From: Dehalococcoidia bacterium
Lineage (GTDB): Bacteria > Chloroflexota > Dehalococcoidia > SM23-28-2 > RBG-16-64-32
DNA length: 64,000 nucleotides
Assembly: GCA_963665775.2 (NCBI GenBank)
Contig: CAXXTF010000002.1
Span: forward strand, 480,001-544,000
Direction of reading: 5' to 3'
Shown: one piece after another, positions 47,681 through 55,671 of the stretch
Layout: every line of letters starts with the position of its first letter
Numbering within the stretch: position 1 is the stretch's first letter
Notes under the pieces: generated by a model
What the model was told of the DNA's origin: nothing
The model's database searches: none
What the model saw: the letters and a program-made list of their open reading frames with translations, nothing else
Program-made: the position numbers and the translations under genes

Positions 47681-48795
47681 GTGCGAACGCGATGGGGGAT
47701 GAGGTGTACGGCCGTGGCCTTGAACGAGGCCACCACTCGGCTGCCAGGAGCCAGGGCGAGGTCGTCCAGGGACTGCTTGGTGATAAGGGCTACCATGCTG
47801 AAACCGGCGTCCAGCTGTACACGGGCGTGCGGGCCGGTGGAGAGGATACGGCTCACCACCGCCGGGAGATGGTTGCGGGCGCTGGTGGGGCTGGGGTGAT
47901 CCGAGGCTGGGCTGAGGATCACATCCTCGGGTCGCAGGCACACCAGGACATCGGCGCCGGGCTCGTGGGCCGCGACGGCCTCTACTAGCTGACCGGCCAC
48001 GTCCACCACGGCCAGCCCTCCCGCCAGGGACAGTACCCGCCCTGGCGCGATCGTCTCGATGCCGACGAAGGCGGCTACCTCCTCGTCCACAGGCATGGCG
48101 AAGACATCCTGAGGCGTGCCCACCTGCCGGACTCGACCGCCGATGAGGACGGCCAGGCGATCGCCCAGGCGAAGAGCCTCGGCGCGGTCATGGGTAACGA
48201 AGACAGTGGCGGTGTTGGTGAGGGCCAGCGCCCTCTCCAGATCGTCGACCAGGGCATCGCGGCTGGGAGCATCCAGGGCGGCGAACGGTTCATCCAGCAG
48301 GAGGGCCTCTGGCTCGAGGGCCAGGGCGCGAGCCAGGCTGACCCGCTGAGCCTCGCCGCCGGAAAGGGTCCGGCCGGAGCGGCGGGCCAGGCCGGCGATG
48401 CCGAAGCGCTCCAGCCACAGTGCGGCACGTCGCTCCCGTTCGGCATGGGGGACACCGCGCAGGGAGAGACCGGAGCGCACGTTCGCCTCCACGCTGGTGT
48501 CCAGCAGGAGGGGCTCCTGAAAGACCACCGCCATGCGGCGTCGATATGCCAGCAGTCCACCCCTGATGGGCTGACCATCGAAGAGGGTCTGGCCACGGGT
48601 TGGCGCTTCCAGGAGGGCCATCGTATGAATGAGGGTGCTCTTGCCGGCGCCGTTCGGGCCCACCACCGCCAGGAGCTTGCCGGGGAAGACATCGAGGGAT
48701 GAGACCGTCAGGATCGGCGATCCTCCTCGCTCCACCACCACGTCACGCAGGCCGAGCTTAGCCTGAGCCTGCCCTGAGCCTGTCCAATGGCTCAC
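47677..48795 (-). CDS. tupC: Tungstate/molybdate ABC transporter ATPase with TOBE domain
   Basis: GPNGAGKST, LSGGEAQR, LLLDEP, C-terminal TSARN/TOBE (FKATAVH). Confidence 0.88.
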   Translation of the reverse strand: MSHWTGSGQAQAKLGLRDVVVERGGSPILTVSSLDVFPGKLLAVVGPNGAGKSTLIHTMALLEAPTRGQTLFDGQPIRGGLLAYRRRMAVVFQEPLLLDTSVEANVRSGLSLRGVPHAERERRAALWLERFGIAGLARRSGRTLSGGEAQRVSLARALALEPEALLLDEPFAALDAPSRDALVDDLERALALTNTATVFVTHDRAEALRLGDRLAVLIGGRVRQVGTPQDVFAMPVDEEVAAFVGIETIAPGRVLSLAGGLAVVDVAGQLVEAVAAHEPGADVLVCLRPEDVILSPASDHPSPTSARNHLPAVVSRILSTGPHARVQLDAGFSMVALITKQSLDDLALAPGSRVVASFKATAVHLIPHRVRT

Positions 48796-49490
48796 GACAC
48801 CTGTCTCCTCTGCTGAACGATGGTGAGGAGCAGAATGACCGCGAAGATGAGGGCCAGGAGGATGAAGGAGAGGGCCATTGCGCCCTCAAAATCCCCCTGG
48901 CTGACCTTGAGGACGGTGCCCGAGGTGAGGGTACGGGTGGAGCCCTTAATGTTCCCACCCACCATGATAGTGGCACCAACCTCGGAGATGGCAGCACCGA
49001 AGCCCGCCATGACAGCGGCAAGAAGGCCCAGCCGGGCCTCTCGGAACAGGAGCCAGGCGGCCTGCCAGCGGGAGGCGCCGAGGGCGAGGACCTGGAGCCG
49101 CAGCTTGGGGTGGATGCCCTGGAGGGCGGCGGCGCTGATGGCGGTGACAACCGGAGTGGCGATCAACGCCTGCGCGATGATGATGGCTGTGGGGGTGTAG
49201 AGAAGGTGCAACTGACCCAGGGGGCCCGTTCGCCAGAGCATCACGGCAACCACCAGCCCCACCACGACCGGCGGTAACGCCATGCCGGAGTTGAGGAAGC
49301 TTAGCGCTAACGTGCGACCGGGCGGCGCCCGAAAGGCGAGGAAGGAGGCGATGCTGAGGCCGATGGCGAGGGCGATGCCGGTGGCTACAGCCGAGACGGT
49401 GAGCGAGAGAAACGCGATCTCGTACACCTCACCGTTGCCGGTGAAGATGAGGCGGAAGGCCTCACGGATGCCATCCCAGATCAACTCCAT
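48792..49490 (-). CDS. tupB: Tungstate ABC transporter permease
   Basis: LPPVVVGL, GPLG, FG.AISEVGA...VGGNI...TR. Confidence 0.92.
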   Translation of the reverse strand: MELIWDGIREAFRLIFTGNGEVYEIAFLSLTVSAVATGIALAIGLSIASFLAFRAPPGRTLALSFLNSGMALPPVVVGLVVAVMLWRTGPLGQLHLLYTPTAIIIAQALIATPVVTAISAAALQGIHPKLRLQVLALGASRWQAAWLLFREARLGLLAAVMAGFGAAISEVGATIMVGGNIKGSTRTLTSGTVLKVSQGDFEGAMALSFILLALIFAVILLLTIVQQRRQVS

Positions 49491-49499
49491 GGCTGCCTC

Positions 49500-50378
49500 C
49501 TATCGGCTGAGAGCGCCGGAGCCCGCGATAGCGCGGGTCCTTGCATCGGCGCTCGCCGAGGTGAACAGGCTCTCGCCGTACTCCTCACGGCCGAACTCCT
49601 GGATTATCAGCTGTCCCTGAGGCGAGGTCACGAAATCGGCGAAGGCCAGGGCCGCCTCCACGTTCAGATCGGGGTGGTTCTCCGGGTTAACGCGCATGAC
49701 GGAGTAGCGATTTCTTACCATCTCACCCTCGAAAACGTGAGGCACCAGATCCGTTCTCTCCCCGAAAACGGCGAAGGTAGCGCTGTCCACCAGGGTGTAG
49801 GCACCCTTGTCGCTGGCGATGAGCAGGTTCAGGCCCTGGCCGGTGGCCGATTCCTGGTACCAGCGCTGGCCTCGGGGGTCGATGCCTGTCTCATGCCAGA
49901 TAGCCAGCTCCCTGGCATGAGTGCCGGAGCCATCGCCGCGGCTGACGAAGGCATAGCTGCCTTCCGCGATGCGCCCGAAGGCCTCGGACAGGGTACGGGC
50001 GTTTTCGACCCCGGCGCGGTCGTCCGGCGGCCCGGCAATGATGAAGAGGTTCTCCATGAGAGGACGCCGGTCGATGCCGTGGCCCTCGGTTAGGAACTCC
50101 TCCTCGGCGTCGGGGGAGTGGGTGATGAGCAGATCGATCTCGCCCTGGCGGGCCAACTCCAGCACCTGACCGGAGCCCGCCACCAGGGGCGCCACCCCGG
50201 AAACGTCGTAGCCGCTCTCCTTCTTGAAAGCGCTCACCAGTTCGTCCAGCAGCCCGGTGTCCTGGAGGCTGGTGGTCGCGCCCAGGATCAGCTCATTGCC
50301 GCCGCCGCAGCCGGCTAGCGAGAGTGACAGGAGGACAAAGGCCCCAAGGGCGAGAATCCGTCTTTGGCCTTTCGGCAT
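49500..50378 (-). CDS. tupA: TupA-family binding lipoprotein (variant ATTS motif)
   Basis: Lipobox LAGC, GATTSLQDTGLL, GSGQ, SRGDGSGTH.RE. Confidence 0.88.
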   Translation of the reverse strand: MPKGQRRILALGAFVLLSLSLAGCGGGNELILGATTSLQDTGLLDELVSAFKKESGYDVSGVAPLVAGSGQVLELARQGEIDLLITHSPDAEEEFLTEGHGIDRRPLMENLFIIAGPPDDRAGVENARTLSEAFGRIAEGSYAFVSRGDGSGTHARELAIWHETGIDPRGQRWYQESATGQGLNLLIASDKGAYTLVDSATFAVFGERTDLVPHVFEGEMVRNRYSVMRVNPENHPDLNVEAALAFADFVTSPQGQLIIQEFGREEYGESLFTSASADARTRAIAGSGALSR

Positions 50379-50379
50379 T

Positions 50380-50559
50380 GGCTAGGGCTGCCCCTCCATC
50401 CCAGGGTCCGTTCGATGCAATGAGTTGAGGACGAATAGAGCCTCTCCGTTCGGCTCGTCCCTTCTAGATGATAAGTGGATGTTTGGAATTGGGCAAAGGC
50501 GCCGCGCCGGGTGGCACATCCCGCCTCCCGTCTGTGGGCTAGGGCTGCGCCTCCATCCC
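50380..50559. repeat. 23-bp direct repeat (50380-50402 and 50537-50559) flanking a 134-bp spacer
   Basis: GGCTAGGGCTGC(C/G)CCTCCATCCC, 22/23 identical; one copy is the 3' end of the upstream tupA. Confidence 0.85.
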
Positions 50560-51414
50560 GGAGGCCGGCTCCACCTCCGCGTCGGGGACGAACAGCGGCC
50601 GTCCGTGCTCCTCGATCCCGAAGGTGCGAATCAGCTCCTGGACCGGCGCCGACGTGATGAAGGCGGCGAAGGCGCGGGCGCCCGCTCCGTTGATGCGGGA
50701 GCTCTTCTCAGGATTCACAACGATCACGTGGTAGACGTTGAATAGATCCGCGTCGCCCTCCGTGAGGATGTCGAGGCTCAGGTTATCCAGCTGGGCCAGG
50801 TAAGTGCCGCGGTCGGTCAGCGTGTAGCCGCGCTTCTCGTTGGCCACGCGCAACGTGGCGCCCATGCCCTGACCCGTCTCCTGGTACCAGGAACCGGAGG
50901 GGGCGATGCCGGCCTCCTTCCATAGCTTCAGCTCCCTGGTGTGCGTGCCGGACTGGTCGCCGCGGCTGATAAACGACGATCCGGACTGGGCAATGAAGGA
51001 CAGGGCCTCAGCGGCCTCGCTTCCGCCGCTGAGGCCGGCGGGGTTGTCGGCCGGGCCGACGATGACGAAATCGTTGTACATCACGCGGCTGCGCTCCACG
51101 CCGTGCCCGGCGGCCATGAACGCCACTTCGGCCTCCTGGGAGTGGACCAGGACGACATCGGCCTCCCCCTCCTCAGCCAGCCGCAGGGCCTGGCCGGAGC
51201 CGACAGCGAGGGTCTTGACCCGGTAGCCGCTCTCCTCCTCAAAGGCGGGAATGAGGAGGTCCAACAGACCGCTGTCCTGGGTGCTGGTAGTCGTGGCCAG
51301 GATGAGCTGATCGGAGCTGCCGCAGGCGGCGCTAAAGAGCAGAATAGCTATCGCTACGAGGGGCAGGCCCCAAACGCGTCGGCCTGTCCGAGACAGATAA
51401 GTGAGCAAATCCAT
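50539..51414 (-). CDS. tupA: TupA tungstate-binding lipoprotein (canonical TTTS)
   Basis: Lipobox SAAC, ATTTSTQDSGLL, AVGSGQAL, MYNDFVIVGP, SRGDQSGTH, GQGMG, DRGT. Confidence 0.92.
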   Translation of the reverse strand: MDLLTYLSRTGRRVWGLPLVAIAILLFSAACGSSDQLILATTTSTQDSGLLDLLIPAFEEESGYRVKTLAVGSGQALRLAEEGEADVVLVHSQEAEVAFMAAGHGVERSRVMYNDFVIVGPADNPAGLSGGSEAAEALSFIAQSGSSFISRGDQSGTHTRELKLWKEAGIAPSGSWYQETGQGMGATLRVANEKRGYTLTDRGTYLAQLDNLSLDILTEGDADLFNVYHVIVVNPEKSSRINGAGARAFAAFITSAPVQELIRTFGIEEHGRPLFVPDAEVEPASGMEAQP

Positions 51415-51425
51415 GCCCCTTCTAG

Positions 51426-51450
51426 GCGTTCGGCGTGAATTGCATAACGC
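51426..51450. promoter_or_regulatory. ModE-type operator (degenerate) upstream of tupA
   Basis: GCGTTCGGC-N7-GCATAACGC. Confidence 0.55.
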
Positions 51451-51495
51451 TGGTACGATCAACCCTTTACGTTATCGCCTCAAGCGTTTGGACCC

Positions 51496-51900
51496 TTACC
51501 GGGGCCAGTCGCCGAATTCGGCCTGAAAGCGCTGACTGACGAGCTCGGAGACGCCGACGGTCAGTCGGCGGAACCGCTGCACGAGCTGCCGCGCCTCGAC
51601 GGTGAGGGTGCTGCGGCCGCCGCCCAGGCCGCCGCTCTGAGTCTCCAGGAGTCGGAGGCCCAGCTGCTCCTCGATCTCCTTGAGCTTGTACCAGGCTGTA
51701 CGATAGGGCACCTCCATCGTCTCCGCCGCCCGGGCCAGGGAGCCGGTCCGTTCGATCGTCTCCAGCAGATCGGCCCGCCAATCGGAGAGCATTACCTTGC
51801 CTTCGCGCTCAAGCCAGATCTTGGAGCGGGCCCTGACCGGCCCAGATCCATGCCTTCCCCTACCAGCCGCTTGTTGCCGAGGTGCGGTCCGTGCGTTCAT
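51496..51900 (-). CDS. ModE-like winged-helix regulator (DNA-binding domain only)
   Basis: KIWLE, LLE.I..TGSL..AA..M.V.YR.AW..L, GG.GGG.S.LT. Confidence 0.9.
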   Translation of the reverse strand: MNARTAPRQQAAGRGRHGSGPVRARSKIWLEREGKVMLSDWRADLLETIERTGSLARAAETMEVPYRTAWYKLKEIEEQLGLRLLETQSGGLGGGRSTLTVEARQLVQRFRRLTVGVSELVSQRFQAEFGDWPR

Positions 51901-51965
51901 TGCTCACACACCTTTTCTGTTCCCACCCTAGCCGTGGGGAGGCCGGCAGAGGCCACTATCGATCG

Positions 51966-51987
51966 GTTATGCAAACTGTAGCATAAC
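51966..51987. promoter_or_regulatory. ModE-type operator upstream of the regulator
   Basis: Perfect GTTATGC-N8-GCATAAC, resembling ModE-box half-sites. Confidence 0.7.
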
Positions 51988-52166
51988 GCTATAGCGGGCA
52001 CAACGAGCGGGGTGGTTCGGCAGTGGGCGGGCGCCAACCATACTTCCTCCACCGCTTCGCTAGTGTAGAGATTCGGGGACCGCCCAAGCAGGGAGCTCCT
52101 GCCAATCGCTACCTAGCCAGTTCCAGCCAGTAGATGATCGCCCCTTCCTGCTGATAGGATAGGTAC

Positions 52167-53321
52167 GTGCGGTGCGAGTTAGACTCCAGCACGGAGAACG
52201 AAGCTCTAAAGGAGACGATAGTCGCCCGAATCTTGTCCGAGGGCGCTATCTCCTTCCGGCAGTTCATGGCCCTCGCCCTCTATCATCCGTACCTGGGCTA
52301 CTACTCAGCATGGCGAGGAAAGATGGGGCGGGAGGGCGATTACCTGACGAGTCCAGAGGTGAGCCCGATCTTCGGGATGCTGATGGGACGGCAGATAGAG
52401 GAGATGTGGGAGTCGCAGGGTCGGCCGCCGACCTGCCAGGTGGCGGAGGTGGGAGCGGGCACCGGCGCCCTCTGCCGCGATCTGTTGCGCTGGGCGCGGC
52501 GGGCAGCACCAGCTTTCTTCCGGGCCGTCGATTACATTATCGTGGAGACGATCGGCGCTCTGGCCGAGCGACAGCGGATGAGCGTGGAGGCCGATCGAGA
52601 GATCGCGCAGCACGTGCGCTGGACGGAAGCGCTGCCCTCGGCGATCGAGGGCTGCATCCTCAGCAACGAGCTGCTGGACAGCATGCCCGTATACCGCGTA
52701 GCCGTCGAGCAGGCCACACTGCGGGAGGTGTTCGTTGGCTGGGACGGTAAACGGTTCGTCGAGGAGCTAGGGCCACCATCGTCGATGGAGGTCGAGCTCT
52801 ACTTTCAGCGGCTGGGGCTGCTCCCGGGCGAAGGGTGTCGCGCCGAGGTGAACACGGAGGCCCTGGCCTGGGTCAGGCAGGCGGCGGACGCCCTCCGCCG
52901 GGGATTCATCCTCACCCTGGACTACGGCTACGAGGCGTCGGAGCTATTCGCGCCCTGGCGACGCGACGGAACGCTGGCCTGCTTCTACCGCCACAGCTTC
53001 AGCACCGATCCGTACGCTCGGCTGGGGCGCCAGGATATGACCAGCCACGTGGACTTCACCAGTGTACGACGGGTAGGGGAAGACGCTGGCCTCACGACGC
53101 TGGGCATAGCGTCTCAGGCAGAGTTCCTGAGCAACCTGGGGATCGCCGACGTCCTGTCGGGCCCAAAGGAGGGCGAGATAAGCCTGGAGGAGTACTACGC
53201 CCGGCGGCGGGCGACGACGGAGCTATTGGACCCGGCGGCCCTGGGCCGGATTCGGGTTCTCGTTCAGGGGAAGGGGAGCGAAGGACACTCGCTGACCGGC
53301 CTGGGAAGGAATAGCGGATGA
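52167..53321 (+). CDS. SAM-dependent methyltransferase, MidA/NDUFAF7 (DUF185) family
   Basis: FM..ALYHP..GYY, GD..TSPE, EVGAGTG, SNELLD, DYG, QD.TSHVDF. Confidence 0.93.
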   Translation: MRCELDSSTENEALKETIVARILSEGAISFRQFMALALYHPYLGYYSAWRGKMGREGDYLTSPEVSPIFGMLMGRQIEEMWESQGRPPTCQVAEVGAGTGALCRDLLRWARRAAPAFFRAVDYIIVETIGALAERQRMSVEADREIAQHVRWTEALPSAIEGCILSNELLDSMPVYRVAVEQATLREVFVGWDGKRFVEELGPPSSMEVELYFQRLGLLPGEGCRAEVNTEALAWVRQAADALRRGFILTLDYGYEASELFAPWRRDGTLACFYRHSFSTDPYARLGRQDMTSHVDFTSVRRVGEDAGLTTLGIASQAEFLSNLGIADVLSGPKEGEISLEEYYARRRATTELLDPAALGRIRVLVQGKGSEGHSLTGLGRNSG

Positions 53322-53779
53322 CGCTTGAGGCGGGAGACGCGGCCCCAGACTTCAGCCTCCCCAGCACGGGCGGAGAGCTGAGGCTGCGCGAGCTTGCGGC
53401 CGACAAGAAGGTGGTGTTGGCCTTCTACACGGAGGCGAACACCCCTTTCTGTTCCAGCGAGGTAGCGGTTCTCAAGGAGGACTATGAGCTGGTTCAAGAG
53501 TTGGGGGCGGAGGTGGTAGCCATCAGCGCTGACGGGCTGGAGGCGCAACGTGATTTCGCCCAGCGGCTGGGCGACCTGCCATTCCCCTTGGCCAGCGATG
53601 AGCAGCTGGAGGCGTCCCGGGCGTACGGGGTGGTGGACGACACGGGGAAACGGTCGCGGCGGGCGATCTTCGTCATCGATCAGGGAGGCGCGATCGCGCA
53701 CGTCTTGCCCTGGTTCCAGCCGGGTAATCCCTCACAGTACGAAAGCATCTTCCGCGCTTTGGGGTTCGAGGCGGAATGA
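53318..53779 (+). CDS. Peroxiredoxin (BCP/AhpE type)
   Basis: G..APDFSL, FY....TPFC..E, FPLASD, RAIFVID. Confidence 0.9.
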   Translation: MTLEAGDAAPDFSLPSTGGELRLRELAADKKVVLAFYTEANTPFCSSEVAVLKEDYELVQELGAEVVAISADGLEAQRDFAQRLGDLPFPLASDEQLEASRAYGVVDDTGKRSRRAIFVIDQGGAIAHVLPWFQPGNPSQYESIFRALGFEAE

Positions 53780-54147
53780 ACGAGTACACCGAGCTGGTAC
53801 GGGACCACTTCCAGAACCCGCGCAACGCGGGCGATATGCCGGACGCCGATGCCGTAGGCTATGAGACGAACCCGGTTTGCGGCGACACGATGCGCCTGAC
53901 GCTGAGAATAGCCGGCCAGCGGATCGTGGAGGCTCGCTTTCAGACCTCCGGCTGCCCGGCGGCCATCGCCACCAGCAGCGTGTGCACGGAGATGATCGCC
54001 GGCCTCAATCTGACCGAGGCGGAGCGGCTGCGCAAAGAGGACTTCGCTCAGGCGCTGGGAGGTCTGCCACCCGGCAAGCTGCACTGCTCCGTCCTGGCGG
54101 CGGACGCCCTGCAGGCGGCCATCGCGGACTACCGCAGCCGTAGCTAG
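53776..54147 (+). CDS. IscU/NifU-type Fe-S scaffold
   Basis: HFQNPRN.G, NPVCGD, GC.AAIA, LP..K.HCS.LA. Confidence 0.93.
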   Translation: MNEYTELVRDHFQNPRNAGDMPDADAVGYETNPVCGDTMRLTLRIAGQRIVEARFQTSGCPAAIATSSVCTEMIAGLNLTEAERLRKEDFAQALGGLPPGKLHCSVLAADALQAAIADYRSRS

Positions 54148-54235
54148 AGAGGCAGCCGGTTCGGTTGTCGTTCTGGCGGGGGAGACGATAGAATGAGTGC
54201 GCACCGTCTGGTGGCTGGCCGGAAGGAGGGCCCCA

Positions 54236-55135
54236 GTGCGAACTGTCCAGTATTTCGCTCCTGAGAGCATGCAGGAGGCGGTAGACTTACTCCAGCAGCA
54301 GGGCGCCGGCACCCGTCCATTGGCGGGCGGGACCGACCTCGTGGTACAGATGAAGGAAGGGAGCACCAGGTTCCCTCTCCTCTCCTCCCTGGTGAGCCTG
54401 CGTCGCATACAGGAGCTCAGGGGTGTCGAGTTCAGTGAGGCGGATGGGCTCCGCATCGGGGCGGGCACGACCATGGCTGAGCTGGCCGAATCGGCTACCC
54501 TGCGCGCCCGCTTTCCCGCCATTGTCGAAGGGGCGGGTGTCGTGGGCTCCATCCAGACAATGAACATGGCGACCGTGGGCGGCAATCTGTGCAACGCCGC
54601 TCCCTCCGCTGACACCGCGCCAGCGCTCTTGGTCTACGAGGCCGACGCCATCATCGTAGGCCCCTCGGGCCAGCGCTGGCTGCCCCTGGAAAAAGTCTTC
54701 TTCGCGCCGGGAAAGACGGCGCTCTCTCCCTATGAGCTGCTGTTTGAGCTGCGGGCGCTGGCGCCGCCTGCCGGCACTGGCAGCTCTTACCTGCGGCACA
54801 CCCCTCGGAAGAGAATGGATATCGCCGTGGTGGGGGTAGCGGCGCTGCTCACCCTGGGCACCGGCAACCTCATTCAGACGGCTCGTATCGCCCTGGGCGC
54901 GGTGGCGCCGATGCCGATACGGGCGCCGCAGGCGGAGGCGCTTCTCCAGGGGAACATGGCCACCGAGGGGCTGTTTCGGCGGGCCGCCGCCGCCGCCGCC
55001 GAGGAGGCGCAGCCGATATCGGACATCCGGGGGTCGGCGGATTTCCGCCGTCACCTGGTGCGGGTGATGACGGAGCGCTGCCTTCAGGTAGCGGCGAGAC
55101 GGGCGAGGGCCAGGGATATCCTCTGGAGCGATTAG
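54236..55135 (+). CDS. Xanthine dehydrogenase family FAD subunit (CoxM-like)
   Basis: LAGGTDL, AT.GGNLCNAAPSAD, PISDIRGS..FR; SD AGGAGG before GTG 54236. Confidence 0.93.
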   Translation: MRTVQYFAPESMQEAVDLLQQQGAGTRPLAGGTDLVVQMKEGSTRFPLLSSLVSLRRIQELRGVEFSEADGLRIGAGTTMAELAESATLRARFPAIVEGAGVVGSIQTMNMATVGGNLCNAAPSADTAPALLVYEADAIIVGPSGQRWLPLEKVFFAPGKTALSPYELLFELRALAPPAGTGSSYLRHTPRKRMDIAVVGVAALLTLGTGNLIQTARIALGAVAPMPIRAPQAEALLQGNMATEGLFRRAAAAAAEEAQPISDIRGSADFRRHLVRVMTERCLQVAARRARARDILWSD

Positions 55136-55188
55136 CGAGGTAGCGGCGGCAAGGATCGTCCCGATATCCCGCTTCGGACGGAGTTACG

Positions 55189-55659
55189 ATGGCGAAACAG
55201 CTCATTAGCCTACAGGTGAACGGCGACACCTACGAGGTGGCAGTAGAGCCCCACTGGACTCTCCTGGAGACGGTGCGCGATGAGCTGCGCCTCACGGGAA
55301 GCAAGGAGGGGTGCGGCACCGGTGACTGTGGGGCCTGCACCATGATGGTGGGCGGACGTCTCATCACCTCATGCTTAATGCTGGCGCCCGAGGCCGAGGG
55401 GAGCGCCGTGCTGACGATCGAGGGGCTATCCCGGGACGGCGATCTGCACCCGATTCAGCAGGCCTTCATCGATAGCGGCGGTGTACAGTGCGGCTTCTGC
55501 ACGCCGGGCATGATCATGGCGGCCAAGGCGCTGCTCGACCGCAACCCTTCGCCGACCCTGGCGCAGGTGCGCGAGGGGTTGGAGGGGAACCTCTGCCGCT
55601 GTACCGGCTATACCAAGATATATGAGGCGGTGCTGGCCGCTGCCCAGAGAACGAGCTAG
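55189..55659 (+). CDS. Xanthine dehydrogenase family 2Fe-2S subunit (CoxS-like)
   Basis: GSKEGC..GDCGACT, QCGFCTPG, GNLCRCTGY. Confidence 0.96.
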   Translation: MAKQLISLQVNGDTYEVAVEPHWTLLETVRDELRLTGSKEGCGTGDCGACTMMVGGRLITSCLMLAPEAEGSAVLTIEGLSRDGDLHPIQQAFIDSGGVQCGFCTPGMIMAAKALLDRNPSPTLAQVREGLEGNLCRCTGYTKIYEAVLAAAQRTS

Positions 55660-55671
55660 GGGGAGTCCATC

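Noticed and set aside
50490-50540. GCCTCCCGT after a small hairpin, reminiscent of the Moco/Tuco RNA motif
   Set aside because: It is on the wrong strand for the tup genes and the other conserved elements are missing. The leader of the ModE-like gene also fails to match.
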